Part shown: piece after piece, positions 56,151-62,077 of the stretch
Position numbering within the stretch: the first letter of the stretch is position 1
How the letters are laid out: each line of letters opens with the position of its first letter
Assembly (NCBI GenBank): GCA_038065475.1
Contig: JBBTQY010000010.1
Span: 72,415-134,491, forward strand
From: Patescibacteria group bacterium
GTDB lineage: Bacteria > Patescibacteriota > Minisyncoccia > Ryanbacterales > GWA2-47-10b
DNA length: 62,077 bases
Reading direction: 5' to 3'
Notes under the pieces: generated by a model
Database searches by the model: none
What the model was told of the DNA's origin: nothing
What the model saw: the letters and a program-made list of their open reading frames with translations, nothing else
Position numbers and translations under genes: made by a program

Positions 56151-57497
56151 TCACTGGCCGTAGAAAACGTTTGCGCGCCGTTTTCTGCGCTCCACCATAT
56201 TTGGTAGAACATCAAACAGAAAGATGCGCGCTAGGTACGAGATGAATGGATCCCACGACCGTATTGTCCGTTCAAGTCCAGTAACGCGGCCCGTCACTGT
56301 TCTTTTGTGGTGACTGCGAAGGTGACTTTCATGATGACCTGCCGGGCGAGATCTTGCGATTGCTATGCACTCGATTCCTGTGCGCTTGAGAAACTGCGTC
56401 CAGGTACCTATCCTAGTCCAGTCGTTGCTTAGGACAATGCCAGAATCGGCAGGAAACGAAACCACTTCTGCGTATTCTGTGGCCTTACCTGGTGCATCAG
56501 CGACGATGATGCCAGGCTCCCTACGTGCCTCGAGGAACCTTGCAAGTCCCTCGAAAGCAACTACGCTATTCCACTCTACCTTTCGATCTCGATGACTTGC
56601 TCTGTCTTGGCCGCTACCCTCCATGATCGCATCGAGAGTTGGAGTGCCACCATCAAGGTTGACCGATTTAATTGGCAGACAGAGCCCTTGCCAATCAGAC
56701 CTTGTACTCAGCGACTTGACTATGTTGCGCATTTCGCTGATTAGGCTTGCAGCGAAAGTGCTCTTGCCGCTTTGAGGTGGGCCTACGATGACGATGCTGA
56801 CTCGTTTTCCATGTAGCAGGGCGGCTCGCTCTTCATGGAGTTCCATCTCATCGTAGCCAACGACAGGATCATGTTTATCCTCAAGAGGAACGGGTAGCCG
56901 ATCAACCTGACTTCGGAAGATGGGTCGCGTGTGGAAGGTGCTGCTCGCCGCGGGCACCGGCCCCGGCATTTGCGTCGGAAGGTCGAGATCGATGGGCGGT
57001 AGGCCCGTGTATGGATCGTGACTTTTCGCAAGCAGTGTGCGCCAGTATACCCAGAGTTGCGGTAGAAGGATTTCCGGATGCTCCCAACCCGCAGCGAGTG
57101 CTGTACACAAGGTACAGGATGCGCCGCGGTGTGAGTGGCTGCGGGAAAAGTTAAACATCCGCTTTACGAGTGCGACCTGTTTTCGCGGGATGCGCGACTC
57201 AATGTCGTGCTGTATGCGTTGGTAGAACTCTTCTTTTTGTTGGAAGGGGAACGGGAAGAGCCTAATGATGCCGCTCAGTGCGGTTCTCCGCAAGTTCGCT
57301 GTGTGGCTATTCGCACACCAGTCATAGAGGATCACATCTGACGCCTCTATCTCTCCGAGCTGTCGGTAGAGAAAATATCCGAACACAGCAAGTGGTGTTA
57401 GCGGAAATGGAACGAGAACGATCGAGACTCCCCCTGGCGCGAGAAGGAGTCTGAGAGCTTGCATGGTCTCGTGGTCAGAATGCTCGTCAGAATCCAT
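56151..57497 (-). CDS. GC-rich two-domain protein: unknown N-terminal domain (about 230 aa) + P-loop NTPase (possibly Clp1/polynucleotide-kinase-like)
   Basis: GAGGAGG lies 5 nt before the ATG, with an in-frame TGA just upstream. Walker A IVGPPQSGKST is followed by VNLDGGTP and IIVADAPG. The family assignment is tentative. Confidence 0.72.
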   Translation of the reverse strand: MDSDEHSDHETMQALRLLLAPGGVSIVLVPFPLTPLAVFGYFLYRQLGEIEASDVILYDWCANSHTANLRRTALSGIIRLFPFPFQQKEEFYQRIQHDIESRIPRKQVALVKRMFNFSRSHSHRGASCTLCTALAAGWEHPEILLPQLWVYWRTLLAKSHDPYTGLPPIDLDLPTQMPGPVPAASSTFHTRPIFRSQVDRLPVPLEDKHDPVVGYDEMELHEERAALLHGKRVSIVIVGPPQSGKSTFAASLISEMRNIVKSLSTRSDWQGLCLPIKSVNLDGGTPTLDAIMEGSGQDRASHRDRKVEWNSVVAFEGLARFLEARREPGIIVADAPGKATEYAEVVSFPADSGIVLSNDWTRIGTWTQFLKRTGIECIAIARSRPAGHHESHLRSHHKRTVTGRVTGLERTIRSWDPFISYLARIFLFDVLPNMVERRKRRANVFYGQ

Positions 57498-57608
57498 AGG
57501 GCCTCCTCGAATTCGTCAGGCGGTATGATATAGTAGTGAGTGCACGTTCTTGGGTGAGAATGTCATAAAAAATTAACACTGTCAATATAAACAAGCAATT
57601 ATAAAACT

Positions 57609-58160
57609 ATGTATCCTGGTGAATTCGAATCACTTTTTCGTAAGGTGGCAAATACGTTTACTCTCGATTCTGTAGCAGAAGAAAAAACAGTATCGGGAAA
57701 ATTTCCCAAGCGCAATGCAAGCTCTCCTTTATGGGACACCATTGATTCGGGTTGGAAAAGCGCTTTTATCGATCTTGGAGGTCGTCGTGTCGTATCGACA
57801 AAGCATTTTTTGAAAAAGCCAGTACGCATTCTCTTTTTTATTCTTTTAGTCGAGATGGAAGGTCGCATTTTTCGTATTCATGAATGGCAGGGTAAAGACA
57901 TAGAGGAGCTCAATGAGAAAAACTTAAATCATCTTATCAAGGAGTTGGTAGATTCAGATTTGATAAAACTCCAAAGCGTGTACAAAACGCGCAGCGCTCT
58001 CAAAGAAGATCTCAAGGCGATCAGTGCTTTTAGAAATCTAATTGTTCATGTCAATAAAAAACTCCAACGCGAAATTAATCTTCCTGTAGTAGCCCAGCGA
58101 AAACAACAGCTTATAAATCTTCTCCGCGCTCTCCAAGAAATTATAGACAACATGGAGTAA
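57609..58160 (+). CDS. HEPN-domain protein (Abi/Swt1-like RNxxxH motif)
   Basis: 183 aa. The C-terminal helical domain has AISAFRNLIVHVNK (R-x4-H). One sampled line (57901-57960) is 20/60 G+C. Confidence 0.62.
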   Translation: MYPGEFESLFRKVANTFTLDSVAEEKTVSGKFPKRNASSPLWDTIDSGWKSAFIDLGGRRVVSTKHFLKKPVRILFFILLVEMEGRIFRIHEWQGKDIEELNEKNLNHLIKELVDSDLIKLQSVYKTRSALKEDLKAISAFRNLIVHVNKKLQREINLPVVAQRKQQLINLLRALQEIIDNME

Positions 58161-58238
58161 GCTTTTGGCGTTGTAGTCGTCGCTGTTCCGTGTTATTTTT
58201 GATGCGGATTCCCAAACTCTCGGAAAGGGGAGGAACAA

Positions 58239-59426
58239 ATGGACAAATTTAGCAGAACCTTCGGCGGCCACATCGGTGACCCGATCAAGGATCCGTATAG
58301 CGTCTACGCTGCGTTGAGAAGAGCGACGCCGTGCCAGCTCTTTCGTGACACAGTGTTCGGTGACATGTACTTCGTCACTCCGTACGACGCAGTGCGGCAG
58401 ATCATCGGCAATCCCGAGGTCTTCAGCTCTCGGGTCAACGACCGGCTCATTGGCGGCATCATTGGCTCCACGATCGTCGGCATGGACGAGCCGGATCACA
58501 ACCAGATGCGCAAGCTCATCATGCCGTTCTTCACGCCGCGCCCCGTAGGTGCGCTCGAAGATCGCGTTCGCGAGGTCGCTTTCGAGATGATTGGCCGGCT
58601 CGCGGGGCGTGCTCGTGCAGATCTCGTGGCAGACTTCACGTTCACCTATCCGCTCGTCGTTTTTGATCGTCTGATCTTGGGCGTCGAGGTGGGTGATGGT
58701 GCGGCGCAGTTTCATCACTGGGTCAGAGCTTTCCTCAAGATCACGACCGAGCCGGAGGAGGCGATCGCGGCGGTGGCGCTCATCCGCGAGTACTTGGCGC
58801 CGGTGATCGCCAAGGCACGACGTGCTGCTGGTGGCGATACGCTCGTGATCCGCCTCGCAGAGGCGAAGATTGACGGCAAGAGTCTCACCGATGAGGAGAT
58901 CATGAGCTTTTTGATTCTCCTCCTGCAGGCAGGTGCCGAGACCACTTCGAGTCTTCTGGGTAGCGCCATCTGGCACCTGCTCGATGGATACCTCTGGCAG
59001 TGCATCCAAGACAACCCCGTCGCTCTCGATCGCGCATTTCGTGAGACGTTGCGCTATGACTCACCTGTGCAGTTCGTGGCACGCGAGACTACCTGCGAAG
59101 TCATGGTAGGGGGTGTCACGCTGCCGCGCGGCTCACTCGTGGTAGCGGCGCTCGGTTCGGCCAATCGCGATCCCAGTGTCTTCTCGGATCCGGACAGTTT
59201 CTATCTCCTGCGAGACCTCAAATACTGGAATGACACTCTGGCGTTCGGTCTCGGCCCGCACTACTGTGCTGGTTTCCACTTGGCTCGGCTCGAGTTCATG
59301 GTGGCACTCGAAGTGCTTGGAGAGCGCTTTCCGAATCTCAACCTCGACGAAGACATGCCTCAGGAAGGCGTCGTGGGCCTTCCGTTTCGTGCACCACGTT
59401 CACTACCCGTACTTCTCGGCATCTGA
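58239..59426 (+). CDS. Cytochrome P450
   Basis: I-helix LLQAGAETTSS, K-helix ETLR, and heme loop FGLGPHYCAGFHLA. One sampled line (58441-58500) is 37/60 G+C. Confidence 0.93.
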   Translation: MDKFSRTFGGHIGDPIKDPYSVYAALRRATPCQLFRDTVFGDMYFVTPYDAVRQIIGNPEVFSSRVNDRLIGGIIGSTIVGMDEPDHNQMRKLIMPFFTPRPVGALEDRVREVAFEMIGRLAGRARADLVADFTFTYPLVVFDRLILGVEVGDGAAQFHHWVRAFLKITTEPEEAIAAVALIREYLAPVIAKARRAAGGDTLVIRLAEAKIDGKSLTDEEIMSFLILLLQAGAETTSSLLGSAIWHLLDGYLWQCIQDNPVALDRAFRETLRYDSPVQFVARETTCEVMVGGVTLPRGSLVVAALGSANRDPSVFSDPDSFYLLRDLKYWNDTLAFGLGPHYCAGFHLARLEFMVALEVLGERFPNLNLDEDMPQEGVVGLPFRAPRSLPVLLGI

Positions 59427-59453
59427 AAGATGCCATACGCCAATTGGCATCAG

Positions 59454-59484
59454 ACCTCGCAGACCACTGCGAGGTTTTTTCTTT
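59454..59484 (+). terminator. Intrinsic terminator after the P450 gene
   Basis: ACCTCGCAG-ACCA-CTGCGAGGT followed by TTTTTCTTT. Confidence 0.85.
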
Positions 59485-59540
59485 GCTTGCAGAGCTTATG
59501 ATTTTACTGTTGACTATGAGTAAGACAGGAATTTTACCCA

Positions 59541-60143
59541 ATGGAAATACAGAGGCCAAAATCACAACAACCCATACCCGATCACGCCAAACAAGTATTC
59601 AAGGGTGTCATTTTTGATGTGTATCAGTGGGAACAAGAGTTGTTTGATGGGAGCAAAGCAATTTTCGAGAAACTTAAGAGACCCGATACGGTTGTTATAT
59701 TTCCAATCTTGCCGGATGGCAAGATTCTTTTGACAGAGCAGAAGCAACCAGGGAAAGATCCGTTTATTGCTGCTACGGGCGGACGAGTTGATGAGGGCGA
59801 AGAGGTAATGGCTGCGGCAAAACGAGAATTGTTAGAAGAAAGCGGATACGAGGCAGAGGAGTATGTTTTATGGGATGTCCAACATCCAACGAGCAAGATA
59901 GATTGGGTGGTATACACGTTTATTGCCAGGGGACTCAAGAAAGTTTCTGACCTTAACTTGGATGCTGGAGAAAAGATCATTTTGAAACCAGTTGCCTTTG
60001 ACGAGTTTCTTGATATCGGTACCAGTGGGCTGTTTGCAGAGAAGGAAATTGTTTTTAAGTTAATGGAGGCTAAGTTCGATGTAAAAAAGCGAGAGGAACT
60101 TCGTGCGTTGTTTAGTATTAAGTCGTCGAGTAAGATGCGATGA
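59541..60143 (+). CDS. Nudix hydrolase (ADP-ribose pyrophosphatase-like)
   Basis: Nudix box GGRVDEGEEVMAAAKRELLEESGY. Confidence 0.87.
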   Translation: MEIQRPKSQQPIPDHAKQVFKGVIFDVYQWEQELFDGSKAIFEKLKRPDTVVIFPILPDGKILLTEQKQPGKDPFIAATGGRVDEGEEVMAAAKRELLEESGYEAEEYVLWDVQHPTSKIDWVVYTFIARGLKKVSDLNLDAGEKIILKPVAFDEFLDIGTSGLFAEKEIVFKLMEAKFDVKKREELRALFSIKSSSKMR

Positions 60144-60478
60144 TCACGTACGAAGATTTTGAGAAGATAGATATTCGGGTTGGTAAGATCGTCGAGGTCT
60201 CTGATTTTCCGGAAGCACGCAAGCCCGCCTTCAAGCTTAAGATTGATTTTGGTTCTGAGATCGGTATCAAAGTTTCAAGCGTGCAGGCGGTGGGAGCACA
60301 TACTAAAGAAGAATTGCAGGGCACGCTGGTTTGTTGCGTGGTTAATTTTCCACCCAAGAAAGTCGCCGACTTTTCTTCCGAAGTACTTACGCTGGGTTTC
60401 AAAAACACTGCCGGCGACGGATGGGTTTTGATTCAGCCCGCAAAAAATAGTGTCGAGGTTGGTAGTAAATTAAGTTAA
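60140..60478 (+). CDS. csaA: tRNA-binding domain protein (CsaA/EMAP-like OB fold)
   Basis: ITYEDFEKIDIRVGKIVEV...KLKIDFG...VCCVVNFPPKK. Confidence 0.83.
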   Translation: MITYEDFEKIDIRVGKIVEVSDFPEARKPAFKLKIDFGSEIGIKVSSVQAVGAHTKEELQGTLVCCVVNFPPKKVADFSSEVLTLGFKNTAGDGWVLIQPAKNSVEVGSKLS

Positions 60479-60480
60479 AT

Positions 60481-60822
60481 ATGAAGACGCTCAAGTTCCG
60501 AGATTTTAAGGCAAAAATGATTTTGGATGAAACCAAAACCTCATCACTGAGGCTTTTTGATGATAAAAATCTAACAAAAGGCGATGAGCTTGAACTGATC
60601 AATTCAGATACGGGTAAAGCTTTTGCTCACATACAAATAACTGAAATTATCAAAAACCCCTTTTCTGATATACATGCCGATGATCTTGTAGGTCACGAGC
60701 CTTTTAAAGATTATGATGACATGTATCAAACACTCAAAAACTACTATCCAAACATAAGGCACGACACTCCAGCAAAAATTATTCGATTTAAACTCATCTC
60801 TAAATATGAAAATAGAAAATAA
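60481..60822 (+). CDS. ASCH-domain protein
   Basis: 113 aa. An MKTLKF..ILDETKTSSLR beta-barrel start is typical of ASCH/PUA-like domains. Confidence 0.7.
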   Translation: MKTLKFRDFKAKMILDETKTSSLRLFDDKNLTKGDELELINSDTGKAFAHIQITEIIKNPFSDIHADDLVGHEPFKDYDDMYQTLKNYYPNIRHDTPAKIIRFKLISKYENRK

Positions 60823-62077
60823 AACTATCCTATATGTTCTTGTCGGCTTCATTGTTTTTGCCGGCGGTTATTTTTTGTTGAGCGAGAGTGTATCTGTGCC
60901 AAAACAAGAGGCGAGAGAGAGTTTGGCAGTCGAGCTCAAAAATGGAGATACTTATAATCTCGAGGCAGCTTACGTCACAAAAACTATTGATGGCAAAAAA
61001 CAGACCATGCTGGCATACAATGGTTCGATTCCTGGCCCGACGCTCAAGGTTGCACAAGGGTCAGAGGTGACTATCAATTTCAAAAACAATACTGATATTC
61101 CTACGCTCCTGCATTCACACGGAGTGCGCATGGACAATGCCTTTGACGGCTCGCAGTTACAACAAAAAGAAATGCAACCGGGCGAGTCATTTGCCTACAA
61201 GCTCAAATTTCCTGATGCGGGTGTGTACTGGTATCATCCGCACGCAAAAGAAGTTTACGGGCAAGGGCTCGGGCTGTACGGCGCATTTATCGTCAGTCCT
61301 GCTGACCCAAATTATTTTCCTCCGGTAAACCGCGAATTGCCGCTTTTTCTTTCCGATCTACCCGTTGAAAACGGTGTCATTGAGCTCGATAAAGACACAC
61401 AAAGCCATTCTCTTATGGGTCACTACGGCAATGTGATGCTGGTCAATGGTGAAGAGACGCCAAATATCGAGGCTACGGCGGGCGAGGTGGTGCGCCTCTA
61501 TATCATCAATGCTGCTAATGCTCGCCCATTCAATTTTACCATCAAAGGGTTGAAGCTTAAGTTGGTTGGCGCAGACAGCGGAGCGTTTGAGAAGGCGTCA
61601 TTCGTGGATAACGTCATTCTCGGGCCGTCAGAAAGAGCAATCGTAGATGTTTTCTTGCCGAACGCCGGAATATATGAAATGCAAAATAAGACACCAGATA
61701 GGACGTATGTCCTTGGAAGCATCATTGTGGGCAATGAACGTGTAGGTGTTTCATACAACCAAGAGTTTAGCGTCCTCCAAAGCAATCAAGAAACCACTGG
61801 AAGCATCGACCCCTTTAGATTAATTTTCGATTTGGAGCCAACGAAACGCATTGCACTCACCCTTGATATGGCCGGCGGCATGATGGGCATGGGCGGAGGC
61901 CATATCATGCCTGATGGCACCATGATGGGTGGATCAATGATGCCCGCAAGCCCCGATGGTATTGAGTGGGATGATACCGGCCAAATGATGAGCCACATGA
62001 TGGATTCTGCGATGGTCAAATGGAAAATCGTTGACCAAGATACGGGCAAGGCAAATATGGATATTGATTGGTCGTTT
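60806..62077 (+). CDS. Multicopper oxidase with a Met/Gly-rich insert (3' end outside the window)
   Basis: It is not in the ORF track because there is no stop in the window. The ATG at 60806 overlaps the ASCH gene by 17 nt. TM anchor, copper motifs HSHGVRMDNAFDG and WYHPH, and the Met-rich stretch MAGGMMGMGGGHIMPDGTMMGGSMMP. Confidence 0.87.
   Translation, partial: MKIENKTILYVLVGFIVFAGGYFLLSESVSVPKQEARESLAVELKNGDTYNLEAAYVTKTIDGKKQTMLAYNGSIPGPTLKVAQGSEVTINFKNNTDIPTLLHSHGVRMDNAFDGSQLQQKEMQPGESFAYKLKFPDAGVYWYHPHAKEVYGQGLGLYGAFIVSPADPNYFPPVNRELPLFLSDLPVENGVIELDKDTQSHSLMGHYGNVMLVNGEETPNIEATAGEVVRLYIINAANARPFNFTIKGLKLKLVGADSGAFEKASFVDNVILGPSERAIVDVFLPNAGIYEMQNKTPDRTYVLGSIIVGNERVGVSYNQEFSVLQSNQETTGSIDPFRLIFDLEPTKRIALTLDMAGGMMGMGGGHIMPDGTMMGGSMMPASPDGIEWDDTGQMMSHMMDSAMVKWKIVDQDTGKANMDIDWSF

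Noticed and set aside
56800-57497. The N-terminus of the P-loop protein (ETMQALRLLLAPGGVSIVLV), considered as a truncated SAM-methyltransferase (Hen1-like) domain.
   Set aside because: The resemblance is limited to an LxPGG-like patch. The gene has a bona fide RBS and an upstream in-frame stop, so it is not a truncated fusion. There are no motif I glycine-rich loops.
58038-59009. A 323-aa minus-strand ORF opposite the P450 gene.
   Set aside because: It is antisense to an ORF with complete P450 motifs. It is the long open frame expected in GC-rich DNA, with an Arg/Asp/Glu-rich sequence of low plausibility.
59430-59501. A 23-aa ORF (MPYANWHQTSQ...) just after the P450, and a 16-aa ORF at 58202-58252 just before it, considered as RiPP precursors for P450 cross-linking.
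   Set aside because: The downstream ORF reads straight through the terminator hairpin and has no RBS. The upstream one overlaps the P450 RBS and start, and contains no aromatic residues at all, so it lacks the Tyr/Trp/His motif expected for biaryl cross-linking. Both are most likely chance ORFs.
1-62077. CRISPR arrays, a diversity-generating retroelement, transposases or IS elements, rRNA genes, and UGA recoding (genetic code 25).
   Set aside because: I saw no regularly spaced short direct repeats, no reverse-transcriptase or recombinase-like ORF, and no rRNA-like sequence. Conserved genes terminate normally at TGA (for example secF and the gene ending at 15184), so code 11 applies.

Overview
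The window reads as a roughly 50% G+C bacterial chromosome segment, mostly transcribed on the + strand under the standard genetic code. UGA is used as a stop, and there are many ATGA/TGATG start-stop overlaps. The core backbone is secD-secF, rpoB-rpoC, ftsK, recA, ddl, a ROK kinase, dut, serS, an ftsQ-like gene, two tandem GT39/ArnT-like glycosyltransferases, a TraD/VirD4-like ATPase, gtrA, dnaX, an M3 peptidase, a GH18 hydrolase, Nudix, CsaA, ASCH and a multicopper oxidase. The gene content includes a DUF5671-pilin-like fusion, pilin-like C-terminal domains on large membrane proteins, many secreted cell-wall hydrolases and reduced metabolism. From that I infer a Patescibacteria/CPR (Parcubacteria-like) origin; this is an inference, not a demonstrated assignment. 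Three accessory patches stand out. (1) Downstream of tRNA-Ala(UGC), 17.2-18.3 kb, sit two tandem elements of about 0.55 kb. Each is bounded by copies of the tRNA 3' end and each is a complete promoter-leader-small ORF-terminator unit. (2) Downstream of tRNA-Gln(UUG), 31.9-45.4 kb, sit three serially accreted islands. They are delimited by four copies of the tRNA-Gln 3' end plus conserved arm repeats (R and C), they have mosaic G+C, and I can see no integrase. (3) At 56.1-59.5 kb lies an island without tRNA or flanking repeats. It carries a GC-rich P-loop protein, a low-GC HEPN (RNxxxH) protein and a GC-rich cytochrome P450. I found no CRISPR array, rRNA, reverse transcriptase or recombinase.
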